A DNA stretch of 64,000 bases from Carpediemonas membranifera BICM (taxonomy: Eukaryota; Protista; Fornicata). The stretch's first letter is position 1; the number at the start of each line of letters is the position of its first letter. The notes below the pieces were generated by a model, which searched no databases, had not been told where the DNA came from, and saw nothing but the letters and a program-made list of their open reading frames with translations. This document shows positions 10,701-22,521 of the stretch, one piece after another. The stretch is taken from the NCBI GenBank assembly GCA_019828565.1, contig JAHDYR010000043.1:28512-92511 (forward strand), read 5' to 3'. The translations under genes were made by a program, and so were the position numbers.

Positions 10701-10804
10701 ACAGGACCTCGGATCTTAACCACGGAGGAGACGACAGGGAGAGACAAGGACAACACGGGAACGCAGATGAGAGGCTCGTTCAGCGGGAACACCTGGGCCG
10801 GTAG
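7778..10804 (+). CDS. LINE ORF1, 1008 aa, with a central Maelstrom-type DEDDh/ECHC nuclease domain (~9032-9720)
   Basis: IDFE (D426,E428); PVEGGIVLFDLSTG (E445); AKGVEMESFL; CPYH...YHCGLAD (C619,H622,H630,C631,D635). Confidence 0.8.
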   Translation: MGETGRPGRRPHPDMYMWPDFRTQKFRPSLWTRKRGEILHSTMQVEIPTRIRDSTQKQWEDIRELLDSFLAERNDSRTLLLRRTGKFTGKSLNANSKGRKEVIMNARRILFATGVTDNKDIILRNPCGIHGLRDLFYMLTEALNPRDEEAKDMAQALEPKTLKAGFTGMARWPSEKDIETAILKPKEDGPIEWNGDRDSVKKAEGSFILVSGAHGDEAVEGVPYDKVWDPANQGPVTRVAYEQEDGKYRVILELSDTSAWSISRFMEEARDILRLQAPEAPAIWQAAWNKSGIYLKGRTNILGEGEETPLSNEPPFRKVRLEVLKATSVRSNRDEHADLDRSSASTVIDGDEEQHVKDKEERRQQATMPGRRSLDDSLLEVNKNMAGANQGKIDQDEEVDSNKDSSQPPRMPRKDKEKRLVIGAIDFECADPGVKKAGIPAIPVEGGIVLFDLSTGDILGHGHGLYYQDIPAASMDQARYTAWAVTGLPPATFVEVGTGRPPIEYEKHIHTFRDWANRLAAQLARIERSEGWKIIMYAKGVEMESFLLTNPTNGLEQGTREFFQARLVDEKKLPEILENNGKEEAGQNLRDNLDKANYLEAVTTWSNGWQNRSEPKGVCPYHRHTAGCYHCGLADTVVFTARIRALCKERMSTPDVYHYMGKALDKTMEAVGKAEPGMDIMGGPEFATRRDTFEIFGTYPIGDARDVSREVGDRILVVPDNGHRFGIGFGFGEVLLGMKGILLAPLTTMDNEGVLERSPLWTIMERATANQLRMVRVRKGLGAAREEDIITMAMLYDWWPSKEATAHQGVWGCDDLAESLRDYEKVIVNVKAPRNRGRITLGASFIPRDWGMVRVSEAGTILSRMRKEGARLVSAAIPDEPRANTVNVPGITYVPTIDGKSEQPYQSRFFDNGLEEKARRISTRMVGRHFGQDADQGHHDQHGDREEDRRVGHGAGGRAGVRADDRTGDRAGNMNRTSDLNHGGDDRERQGQHGNADERLVQREHLGR

Positions 10805-11282
10805 AGGCTCAGAGGGAGGCATGGACAACAGCAAGGATCACTCTTCCTCCACGACGCTCAAGCGCAAGGAGGGCAGCACGAGTAGGATCATGGACTCGGA
10901 CAGCGGAAAGAGAAGCAGGCACGAAGAGGACACGGACTGGGAGTCTGGAAGCAGACAGGCAACCGGCATGGACTCGGAGAAGCTGCGGCTCCGAAAGCAG
11001 TTGGCAGAGGCGCAACAAGAGATCTCAGCGCTCAAGGCTGCCCGACTCATGCAAGAGCAAGGCCACGGTAGGTTGGTGCTCTCCGGCGCCGCGACTAAGC
11101 CCAGCAAGGAGAAGCCCACGATCCCCCGGCACAAGCACAAGAAGGCTAAGAAGACCAAGGAGATCTCACCCATGGACCTGATGACCCAGTTCATCATGGT
11201 AATGCAGAGTCTACAAGGACAACAAGTGAGTCAGGCCGAGGACAGCTGCAGAGGCAGTGGGGAGTCCACGGAGGAGGAGTAA
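10767..11282 (+). CDS. Small LINE ORF with a coiled-coil segment and basic patch (separate ORF or frameshifted tail of ORF1)
   Basis: EKLRLRKQLAEAQQEISALKAARL heptads; RHKHKKAKKTK; lies between ORF1 and ORF2. Confidence 0.55.
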   Translation: MRGSFSGNTWAGRGSEGGMDNSKDHSSSTTLKRKEGSTSRIMDSDSGKRSRHEEDTDWESGSRQATGMDSEKLRLRKQLAEAQQEISALKAARLMQEQGHGRLVLSGAATKPSKEKPTIPRHKHKKAKKTKEISPMDLMTQFIMVMQSLQGQQVSQAEDSCRGSGESTEEE

Positions 11283-11614
11283 GGACATGGTAAAGCAGTA
11301 TTCTTTCAAGGAACAAGCAACATTTTCTTTATAATTCACAAGCCCTGGCTCCCACCCAGGGCCCGGCATTAGCTGAAATGCACTGCCGGTAGGCTGTAGC
11401 GGCAGCCAAAGGGGGGGTCACGTCATATCGTCCCCCTCCTAAGTACCCTGCCCGAAGAATGGAAGGTCACCAGGAGGTAACAAGGTTGGCCTGACAAGGG
11501 TCACCGAGACCGGCATCTAGGCCCCTTGTTAGGACAAGGATAGCAGGAGAGGAGCGGGAAGCTGGGGCTCCCAAATTCTGGGAATTCGCAGGATAAGGAA
11601 ACAGGACAAAGGCA

Positions 11615-14600
11615 ATGGTAACCTACAAGATACTTAGTCTGAACACAGAGGGACACATAGGAAGAGGAAAGGACTTCACGGCGTCTATGGCAACGGCGAT
11701 TCAGCTAAGGTTGAAGGACATAGAGGCAGTACTCATACAAGAGACATGGAGAACGGCGAATACGAGGGTTCATTGCTTCATGGACCTTGACTACGCACTA
11801 GCAGGGAGGGAGACGGAAGAGGACCTGGTCTTAGCCAACGAAAAACGAAAGGCGGATGTCAAAAGTCAGCACCGCATCAACCGACAACTAGGCATAGCAG
11901 GCAATGACGAACCTGCGCCAAGATGGAAGGGAACAAGGGAAGGCATCGGCACGATAGTGAGCCCACACGCAACTGCAAAGTGGGACATCGGCATATCGGA
12001 CAGCCTATCGGGAAGAGTGCAAGCCAGCATAATGAGAACCGGCAGGGACATACTAGTCATCAACGTGTATGGCCCCCCATCCGGCCACAGCAAGCAGGAG
12101 AAGGATGGATTCAGGGACACTATACAGAAGATCATGGACATGAAAGGGAGCATGGAGGCCATAATTATGGGAGACTGGAACATCGACCCAGGCCATGGAA
12201 AGATCCACCCGGTGGAAGGATATGATGGAGAAGCACAGGCTCAAAGCCATCATACCCAAGTCTGGGACGCTCACATCAGGAACATCAACCCCGGACTTTG
12301 CAGTGACAACACCAGGAATCCAGGGGGCGGAGATTGAGGTGGTAGAGTCTCAGAAGGTCGGGGTATGGGGCTCAGCACACAATGGAATCACACTAGCATG
12401 GAAGGAACAACGGTACTATGGCAGAAGAGGGCGAGACGTGGCTCTGGCCATACCCGAGGTGCACACCTGGCCCATGAAAAAGAAGAAGGGGCCAGTCACA
12501 GTCTCAAAGCTGAACAGGATCAAGAGCTCGGACCAATGGGAAGAGACTATAAGAGCATGCATGGGCGACCCAGTGAACAACAGGGGAGCAAAGGCAAGGG
12601 ACAAAGTGTTCGGGAACGGAGTGTGGAGCGAACTCCAGCGAACCCCATGGACAGAAATAGGCAACAGGACCAGGAAGGAAAGGATGAAAGAGGAGCTGGA
12701 GAAATACTGGGGAGAGCGCAGGGCCAAATGGGTGGCCGACCTCAGCAGAAGTGCAAAAGGGGGGTATAGGGCCTCAAGGGCCTCAGTGGAAGCTGCCATC
12801 AGAAGGTGGTGGTGTGATAACCAATACAAGGGAATGCCGGAGAGCCTCCTCAAGGACGGAGTGATAACCACGGACAAGGCGGCCATCAGCGAGATCCTCT
12901 TGCAACAGTATGCTAGAGTCAGCAGAGGCAGGGAACCCACCTGGAAGACATGGAGGGGCAGGGACGGAAATGAGTTCAAGGAAAGCGAGGTCAAAGCCGC
13001 AATCAAAAGGATCAGGAGGGACACCGCACCAGGGCCTGACCTCACATCTGGAGACATGCTGAGAGAGCTGGATGAGAAAGGCCTTAGGGAAGTGACGAGG
13101 CTCATCAACAGGGTCTACAGGGAGGGCGACGTACCCAAAGCATGGAAGTATGCCACAGTGTCGGCCATACACAAGACAGGGAAGCCAAGGGTCAAGCCGG
13201 AATCATATAGACCAATATCCTTGACACCACTGCTGTACAGGGTCTATGGTAGATTGCTCAAGATACGTCTGGAAGCAGCAACGAAAAGGTTCATACCAAG
13301 AGAACAGGCTGGTTTCCAGTCAGACAGGGACGTCATCCAGCAGATACAGTACATTGTGCAGCGGCACCAGGAGGGGGTGAGACCACGTCAATCTTTCTGG
13401 ACATCGAGAAGGCATATGACACGGTACCAAGGGACATTCTCATGGATAAGCTACAGGGTATGGGGGTGGAGGAGCACTTGATCAGGGCAATTCAAGGCAC
13501 AATAAAGGAAACCTGGATATCAGTCAAGGGGGCAAAGGCATGGGAAAGAACCAACAGGGGAGTTAAGCAAGGGTGCGTCCTGGCACCGACACTGTTTGTG
13601 CTGTTCATAGCTAACTGGCCCCACCTGGCCAGAAAGAAAATCAAGGGAGAACGGTACGACATCAGAGAACCGCCAAGGACCACGAGCCACCTCAGCGACC
13701 GACTACCGGCAGCACTTACCATGTTTGTGGATGACACTGCGGTCACAGGGAGCAAACCGGAGCATAGCCAGATGGTCGCCAACATAATGGTAGACATAAT
13801 CAGAGAGCATGAAATGAGGGTGAACGTCCAGAAGAATGTAATGATTAGCGTGGACAGAACAGCCCTAGTCAGGATCGAGGGGGTAACACTACTGCCAGAG
13901 AAGGAGGCGAGATACCTGGGATTATGGATCGCAAGTGGGAAGGACCCTATGTCGGCCTGCATAAGGCGGAAACAGGAGCAGAGCGAAAGGTACAAGAGAC
14001 TGGTGAGATGGGCAGGGTGGACCAGGGCAAACATGCCAGCACTAGCGAGCAGGCTACTACTGGAAATATATATATGGCCCAGGATCCTCTTCGGAGTCGA
14101 GGTGTGGGGGAACGCACCGGGAGGTAGAAGGATCTGGAATGACTGGCAGGGAATCATGGCAGGAACAGGACCGGGAGGGGGCGCAGCCATGAGGCTGATG
14201 AATGGATGGGTGGACCTCCAGGCACACATGGAATGGCTGGCAGTCAAAAGGATAGTCAACTACAGGGACCAGGATATACCAGTCAGAAACAGAGAATGGG
14301 GGCGAGGCACGGTTATGTGGGAAGCTAGGGAGAGAGTGCAGCATCTACTGGAGGGCACCAGAGAGGGAGCCCCCAAACCAGCGCTACTGGATTATGGCAT
14401 GGAAACGATCAGGAGGGGGTGGATGAAGCGGTGCAAAAGCCGTACGGCACTAGGACTAATGGAAATCATGGGGACAAGGAAATTAAGCAAGTGTCTGCAA
14501 GGTAAGCCTACGGTAGACCGAAAGGCTGGGAAGGGGCAAAGCAGGGCGGAATGGAAGAGAATTGTATCCATTGCAGCCAATGTCAGCCCATCCCCATCGT

Positions 14601-15055
14601 CGGCAGAGAGAGGGGAGGGCCCTATGAGAGCCATCACAGAGCTGGCCCAAGGCGCTGACCTAAAGAGAGAAATTAGCAGACTATGCCCCCTATGCTCGGA
14701 GGAGTCGGAGGTGAGCCTATTCTACAGGATCATTAGGGAAAAGCCAGGACCAGCAAGGAAGCAGGAAATGATCAGGGAGTGGGCAGAGGGCCAGAGGCTA
14801 GGATCGGCAGCGCACATAATCTGTGAATGCCCGGCAGTAGACAGGGGAGATGCTTGGACAAAGCTGTGGACAGCAGCGAAGCACAAAACTAAGGACTTGG
14901 AAGTAAGGCAGGGCCCCCAGGGCGAATGGTACCAGGAAAGACCCATCCTAGAATTACAGCAACTAATAATATGGGGCTCGGAGGACATTTGGGAAGGCCT
15001 CACGGCAGGACTACGGGAACTGGCAAAGGTTTACAACAGCTTCAAGGTGGAATAG
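11615..15055 (+). pseudogene. LINE ORF2: AP endonuclease + RT + C-terminal Cys/His knuckle, with two frameshifts (~12190, ~13375)
   Basis: SLNTEG, IQET, NVYGP, MGDWN, PDF, SAH; APGPD, YRPISL, QAGF, FLDIEKAYD, GVKQGCVLAP, FVDD; CPLC...HIICEC. Confidence 0.92.
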
Positions 15056-16425
15056 AAGCATGTCATGAACCCCTGACTCCAGGACCGGGAAGGGATGGAC
15101 AAGGAATCAGCCATGGACCACCCTCGCTGGGTGCTAAGCTCCTGGGATCAGTGAGGAAAGGCCCCACGTATCCCGGTAGCCAGGAACCAAAGCAAGGGAA
15201 GGAACGACTGCAAGGAAATAACAGGAAGGACAGACCAGAAATAAGAAAGAAAGGACATGCAACAAGGACAGAGCAAGGATAAGGTCAAGGAAATCCATAT
15301 TCATATGGTTGCACCACTCGTTGGGACCCCAAGGAAACTGCAGGGACTGGCCACGGGGGTCGGAGGGGCAAGGTGCCCCTGCCGCCCTTGTTAACGACAT
15401 GGGAAACCAGGGACATGTAGTGCAAGCGAAATGTTGTAAGGGGTAACAGGACAACCAGGCCCAGCGCCTGGGGGTACACCACCCATGCCCTGACCCACGC
15501 CACCTAACCAGGGTAGACAGCATGGACTTAGTCACTTTCCCCGCCTTCGGGTAGGCTTCCTAACAGAGTCGAGGGGGCATGGAATTGGGGAACCGGACAG
15601 ACGAGAGGGTGCCGTGGCTGAACGGCTCTACAAGGACTGCAGGGAAGCAAGGAGTGTCATAGTCAAGGTCCTGCAGGACGATCCTGCCTGTCAATGCCCC
15701 GAGGACAGACCCCCAGGCTCCCCGGATAGTTGCCGGACTTTCAGGGAGACAGGAAAGCATATTTGCACGGAGATGGCCGCAGGGCCTCTGGGGCGATTGG
15801 AATCGGCTTTCCGCGGAGACAGTAGCACCGAAAGCCCAAGGCAAACGCTGCTGACCAGTTTGCCACGGGAAATAGGCAGTACCCCGGGGCACTCAGCTCC
15901 AAGACAACGGGAAACAAGCTCAGTCCGGGGTCAGAATCCAAGCACCATAAATTTCTTTCTTTCTTTCCCTTGCATTCCTGGATAGTCGGCCTCGGCCTCA
16001 AGCCCGAACATCGGCTGTGGCGCAGGGTGAAGAGCACGAGCTCCCTAAGCGTCAAGAGAGACGCTTCAATTGACTACTTAAGACAACAGACACAGAACAT
16101 ATTCGGCCCGAAGACAGGGCTACACTCCTTCCGGAAGGGTGGGGCTTCCGAGCTGGCGTTGGGTGGAACGCCGCTCGAGGCGCTGCTTGCACTTGGTACC
16201 TGGAGGAGAGTGGAATCGATGAGAGCCTATATTGGCCCAGCCATCAGGACCAACACCGGATTCGCGGGGGAGTTGACGAAGAGCCTCCTCCGCCAGTAAA
16301 CATCTTGCGTTCCAGCAAGAACCTCCGAGGCGGTAATGGATTCCGCTGGGGGTATGCCTGCCCGAGGTCAGACAGGACGTGACTGGGCAGAGAGCACCTA
16401 TTACGGCAGTTGCGGTATAACCGTT

Positions 16426-19400
16426 GGGTAGTACCCCAGCTCATTGTCGCAAGGGCGACGGGACGTGGGCGAGGCCGGCAATCGCCGGATGCCCGCGTCA
16501 TTGGTCAAGATTGGTCGGCGCAGTTTATGCGGCCAGATGACGAACGATTCGCAGCCGGTGGCTGCGACGGCCGAGGAAGTGGCAGAACTGCGTACCACGG
16601 TGCAGGAGATGCAGAAAGCTCAGGAGAGATCCACCAAGATCCTCGAGAGGATGGCCGCCGCAAGCGCCGAATCTGAAGCGGATTTCCACGAGGAACTGGC
16701 GTTTGAAGAAGATGAACAAGACCCCATCATGGCTTCCCTTTCATACATTGAGGCCATGACCGAGCTGCCGAAGAAGCGCCCTCTTCTGGAGGAGGCGAAG
16801 TTCCTTCGGAAGGTTCAAACGATCCTCACCTCTTCTACAGACACGAAACTCCTCAAGCGTCTTTCCCCCCTCCTCTCCGCCCGGCGTAGAGCTCTGATGA
16901 TGAAGGATGAAGATTACAACGACGTCACAGTCACCTACTTTCAGAACCAGGTATGGAAGGCCATCGCGGACAAAGGAACCCTCGACGAGTCCCAGATCGA
17001 GTCCTTCGAGCTCAAGTCTAAGATTCACGGAGCCAAGCGAAAGGGCGACAAGTTTCAGCCTCCGGGAGGCGGGGGCCGAGGCGGCAGCTCTCGCGGTCGC
17101 AACCGGCAGTCAAACTAACCGAGAACCACCTCTTCCCATCGATAACTGGCGACGTGTGGCGACTCTGGGAGCGCTTCGGCGCCTCAGAGCACGTCGTCAG
17201 CCTACTCAGAGACGGCGTTCCAATATCACTGACCGCGCCTCCGTCGGCGGCCGCAGAAAGAAAGAAAGAAATTTATGGTGCTTGGATTCTGACCCCGGAC
17301 TGAGCTTGTTTCCCGTTGTCTTGGAGCTGAGTGCCCCGGGGTACTGCCTATTTCCCGTGGCAAACTGGTCAGCAGCGTTTGCCTTGGGCTTTCGGTGCTA
17401 CTGTCTCCGCGGAAAGCCGATTCCAATCGCCCCAGAGGCCCTGCGGCCATCTCCGTGCAAATATGCTTTCCTGTCTCCCTGAAAGTCCGGCAACTATCCG
17501 GGGAGCCTGGGGGTCTGTCCTCGGGGCATTGACAGGCAGGATCGTCCTGCAGAACCTTGACTATGACACTCCTTGCTTCCCTGCAGTCCTTGTAGAGCCG
17601 TTCAGCCACGGCACCCTCTCGTCTGTCCGGTTCCCCAATTCCATGCCCCCTCGACTCTGTTAAGAAGCCTACCCGAAGGCGGGGAAAGTGACTAAGTCCA
17701 TGCTGTCTACCCCGGTTAGGTGGCGTGGGTCAGGGCATGGGTGGTGTACCCCCAGGCGCTGGGCCTGGTTGTCCTGTTACCCCTTACAACATTTCGCTTG
17801 CACTACATGTCCTTGGTTTCCCATGTCGTTAACAAGGGCGGCAGGGGCACCTGTGCCCCTCCGACCCCCGTGGCCAGTCCCTGCAGTTTCCTTGGGGTCC
17901 CAACGAGTGGTGCAACCATATGAATATGGATTTCCTTGACCTTGTCCTTGCTCTGTCCTTGTCGCATGTCCTTTCTTCCATAATTCTGATCTGTCCTTCC
18001 CTGTTCTTTCCTTGCAATCGTTCCTTCCCTTGCTTTGGTTCCTGGCTAACGGGATACGTGGGGCCTTTTCTCACTGATCCCCGGAGCTTTGCGCCCAGCG
18101 AGGGTGGTCCATGGCTGCTTCCTTGTCCATCCCTTCCCGGTCCTGGAGTCAGGGGTTCATGACATGCTTCTATTCCACCTTGAAGCTGTTGTAAACCTTT
18201 GCCAGTTCCCGTAGTCCTGCCGTGAGGCCTTCCCAAATGTCCTCCGAGCCCCATATTATTAGTTGCTGTAATTCTAGGATGGGTCTTTCCTGGTACCATT
18301 CGCCCTGGGGGCCCTGCCTTACTTCCAAGTCCTTAGTTTTGTGCTTCGCTGCTGTCCACAGCTTTGTCCAAGCTTCTCCCCTGTCTACTGCCGGGCATTC
18401 ACAGATTATGTGCGCTGCCGATCCTAGCCTCTGGCCCTCTGCCCACTCCCTGATCATTTCCTGCTTCCTTGCTGGTCCTGGCTTTTTCCCTAATGATCCT
18501 GTAGAACAGGCTCACCTCCGACTCCTCCGAGCATAGGGGGCATAGTCTGCTAATTTCTCTCTTTAGGTCAGCGCCTTGGGCCAGCTCTGTGATGGCTCTC
18601 ATAGGGCCCTCCCCTCTCTCTGCCGACGATGGGGATGGGCTGACATTGGCTGCAATGGATACAATTCTCTTCCATTCCGCCCTGCTTTGCCCCTTCCCAG
18701 CCTTTCGGTCTACCGTAGGCTTACCTTGCAGACACTTGCTTAATTTCCTTGTCCCCATGATTTCCATTAGTCCTAGTGCCGTACGGCTTTTGCACCGCTT
18801 CATCCACCCCCTCCTGATCGTTTCCATGCCATAATCCAGTAGCGCTGGTTTGGGGGCTCCCTCTCTGGTGCCCTCCAGTAGATGCTGCACTCTCTCCCTA
18901 GCTTCCCACATAACCGTGCCTCGCCCCCATTCTCTGTTTCTGACTGGTATATCCTGGTCCCTGTAGTTGACTATCCTTTTGACTGCCAGCCATTCCATGT
19001 GTGCCTGGAGGTCCACCCATCCATTCATCAGCCTCATGGCTGCGCCCCCTCCCGGTCCTGTTCCTGCCATGATTCCCTGCCAGTCATTCCAGATCCTTCT
19101 ACCTCCCGGTGCGTTCCCCCACACCTCGACTCCGAAGAGGATCCTGGGCCATATATATATTTCCAGTAGTAGCCTGCTCGCTAGTGCTGGCATGTTTGCC
19201 CTGGTCCACCCTGCCCATCTCACCAGTCTCTTGTACCTTTCGCTCTGCTCCTGTTTCCGCCTTATGCAGGCCGACATAGGGTCCTTCCCACTTGCGATCC
19301 ATAATCCCAGGTATCTCGCCTCTCGGCGGCCGCACCACAGACGCGACTGGACCCACGTGTTCGGGCCAAGCTCCAACAGCTGTTGAACGAGGGCATTCTC

Positions 19401-22400
19401 CGCAGAACGACCCTGCAGTCCCTCCGCCATTCGGCCCCGATCTTCCCTGTTTCGAAAGGCTCGGACGACATCCGAGTAATACACGACCTCCGAGAACTCA
19501 ACACCGTGACGGAGGAGACCCGAGTCTTCCGCCTCTTCGGCATCAAACGTGCTTTGGCGACGCTCACGGCCGGGGACTGGATGACGAAGATCGACCTCCG
19601 CTCGGGGTACTCTCAAGTCCCAGTCAGGGAGCAGGACAGGACACTTCTGGGCGTGGTCACTCCGGAGGGCGAGGCATTCTGCTACACTGGACTCCCCTTC
19701 GGTTGAACCGCGGCTCCGTTCTACTTTCAGACAATAACCATCCAGGCCGCAAAGATCATCGCCAGGCGCCTCCAGATCCACGTTTGCGTGTATCTAGACG
19801 ACTTCCTCCTATCGTCTGCGCGCAAGGAGCACCTGGCATGGGCAACACACGAGGCCCTCGAGCTCATGCGCTCCCTCGGCCTCATTCCGGGGCTGGACAA
19901 GTGTATTCTTCAGCCTACACGCTGCTTGGAGTACCTCGGCCTCCTCATCAATACGGAAAACACTTCAGTGCGCCTTTCCAGCGACAAGGCGCGCAAGTAT
20001 CAGCAGACGTTGATATCCGCGTTGGAGAGCGACTCCATCAGCGCCGTCGACTACTCCAAGATCCTAGGGCGTCTCTCCTTCTTCGCTTCCGCAGCGCATG
20101 CAGCACAGCTCAAGCTGCGGCCGTTGCAAGCAAGACAGCCGAGAGGCAGAGTACCTTTGGATGCAGCCCTCAAGCAAGAGCTCGCCCAGTGGGTCTCACT
20201 GCTGCAGCAGCGCCCAGCCAAGTCATTTATCGAGCTCAGGGCCCTCTGGGACATGACAGGCTCCCTGGAGATGACAGTGGCGTCCGACGCATCCAGCTTC
20301 GGCTGGGGGCCAGAGTATACCTCGGAGAGAACAACAGATCGGCGCATGGGCACTTCCCCCCGCACATAGTGAACGCCCACATCTGCACAAAGGAGCTTTT
20401 CGCAGTCGTTCGGGGCATCGAACTCATCTCTCCACAGCCGCAGGTGCGCACCCTGACATTTTTCTGCGACAACTCGGCCGTAGTCTCGTGGGTCAACAAG
20501 GGCGGATCGACAAGAGCAGACCAGACAGTCATGAGCCTACTCCACGAGCTGCAACAACACCTCGACAGCAGAAACCTCGTGGCTCGATGTCTTCACATCG
20601 CAGGACACCTCAACGTGGAGCCGGACAGGCTGAGCCGGTTCATGAAGCTCGAGTGGTCGACCCCGCGTTCAGTCCTCGAGCGAATCCAGCGCAACTGGGG
20701 ACCAGTGCAGGTCGACGCGACCGCCGCTCCCACTCGCCGCTTGGCCCTCCCAGGATTCGCTCAGCACGGATGGACTCTCGCAGAACACGGCCTGTCTCGG
20801 GACTGGACGGGGATGAGAGTCTTCGCAGCTCCTCCAGTAGCGATGATTCCAGCGACATATCTGCATATTCGGACGATTCGGTCGCCGACCCAGACTGGAT
20901 CCCCTCAGACGTGGAGGTCAGCTGCGATAATAGTGACTCCGGACATCCCGTCACCAGAACTCCGCCGCTTGCTAGCCCTCTCATCAGTTCCCAAGATGTA
21001 CTTCAGAGTGAACCAAGATCTTCTGTCGGACTCCGAGCTGTCGCGGCTGGCCGAGAGGGGCAGGATAAGGCTCATCGCGATGATCATCAGGACTTCGAGT
21101 TCCTCCTCCACCACGACAGGCTCTCACATCTGAGCCTAGAGGCGTCACGCAGGGCAGTCGCGGGCTACCTCGTCAAGTTCAACGCGTCGAGAGACACCAC
21201 GCTATCACACGCGGCGCAGCTCAGGCAGCACCTCATGAGCGAAGCCAAGACCTCGGGGCCCGACACGATCGGCAAGAAGGGACACTGGATTTGCAAAGCG
21301 GCCCCACTGATCTGCGACTGGACCCCCCGCAGGACAGCAGCGAGATCATCCGATCAGTCCGCAACGTAGCATCCACCACCAGACTGACTGGCGGGGCTCG
21401 ACCGGTGACGAGCGACATAATCCGGTCGGGTTTCCGACGTTGGAAACAAGATCCGAAGACGTTCCAGGCGGTCTTGTTCGCCGCACTCTGCTTCCAAACT
21501 GTCAGCCGCGGCAAGGAAATCTTCACTCTGACGAGGGGAGACGTGACGTTCAGCCCAGAGGGCGACGCGACGCTGTTCATGGCACGCACCAAGACTACCA
21601 CAGCGGTGAAGAAGCTCGTGGTCAACGCCACCTTTGACTCATTCAACATCGCGAAGGCGCTCCAGCTTTGGGTCAACTTGGCCACGAAGCGCGACACGGA
21701 TTCACTATGGAGGAAGGTCAACGGAGACACGATCAGCAAGACAGAGGGGCTGTCAGAAGGCGCAATGAGGCGCTGGATCGCAGCAGTGTTTGGCGACTCC
21801 GTCACTTGGCACAGCTTCAGAAAGGGCGCGGCGACCGAGCTCGCCGTCGCCGGCACTCCTGAGCACGTGCTGATGGCACTGGGGAACTGGCGCTCCGCGA
21901 AGAGCCTGCTGGCGTACACCGGCAATGGCATCCGCCAGCACCCCGCGGTCCAGAGAGACATCGCCAGGTCTCTTTTGGGCAAGCCACTGTAAACATTCGA
22001 TGGGATGTTTATGGTGCAGGCTGTTGCGACCTCACGGGAGGTGACAGCTAGGAGTTAATGATATCTCCTCGGCCGGCGGGACAACCCCGTTGGATCTACG
22101 GAGTGTAGAGGGTCAGGTGGCCCGCGAGTCGGGCGGGTAGTACCCCAGCTCATTGTCGCAAGGGCGACGGGACGTGGGCGAGGCCGGCAATCGCCGGATG
22201 CCCGCGTCATTGGTCAAGATTGGTCGGCGCAGTTTATGCGGCCAGATGACGAACGATTCGCAGCCGGTGGCTGTAAGAACGCGCTCGGGAGAGCGTCCCT
22301 CGTCGGTACGCGAGGGAAACCCAAGACTTACTTAGGAGCCGAAGGCGCGTAAGTCTTCGAATATTGACGCGGCGAAACAGGGGTTTCTTGCGTAAATATT

Positions 22401-22490
22401 CTTTCCCCCGTTGGATCTACGGAGTGTAGAGGGTCAGGTGGCCCGTTGGATCTACGGAGTGTAGAGGGTCAGGTGGCCCGCGAGTCGGGC
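16426..22490 (+). mobile_element. YR-4: complete split-direct-repeat YR retrotransposon interrupted by LINE copy 2
   Basis: A1 16426-16564 = A2 22135-22273 (139 bp); B1 22085-22134, B2 ~22405-22490; gag 16537-17118; pol 17115-17255 + 19335-21133; YR to 21992. Confidence 0.93.
17256..19322 (-). mobile_element. LINE copy 2, 5'-truncated
   Basis: 12-bp TSD TCGGCGGCCGCA at 17244-17255 and 19323-19334; (GAAA)n on plus strand. Confidence 0.95.
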
Positions 22491-22521
22491 TGGAATGATT
22501 GTGTTATCTAGCCAGCAAGCC

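Larger units (their letters stand above)
7305..15967 (+). mobile_element. LINE copy 1: apparently full-length 8.7-kb APE-RT non-LTR retrotransposon
   Basis: 14-bp TSD CCTTGCATTCCTGG at 7291-7304 and 15968-15981; (TTTC)n tail; ORF1, small ORF, ORF2. Confidence 0.95.
4297..16425 (+). mobile_element. YR-3: YR retrotransposon interrupted in its recombinase by LINE copy 1
   Basis: gag 4395-4888 and pol 4927-6744 are frameshifted. YR is split into ~6168-7304 and 15982-16299 (FNPARALHSW | IVGLG...HSFRKG). Confidence 0.9.

Noticed and set aside
15614-15985. 123-158 aa ORF MAERLYKDC... recurring in four places
   Set aside because: It is the LINE 3' UTR: GTG start, no stop inside the element, and it recurs only because the copies are near-identical.
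22407-22476. CRISPR-like repeats
   Set aside because: Adjacent tandem duplication without spacers, in a eukaryotic retroelement context with no cas genes.
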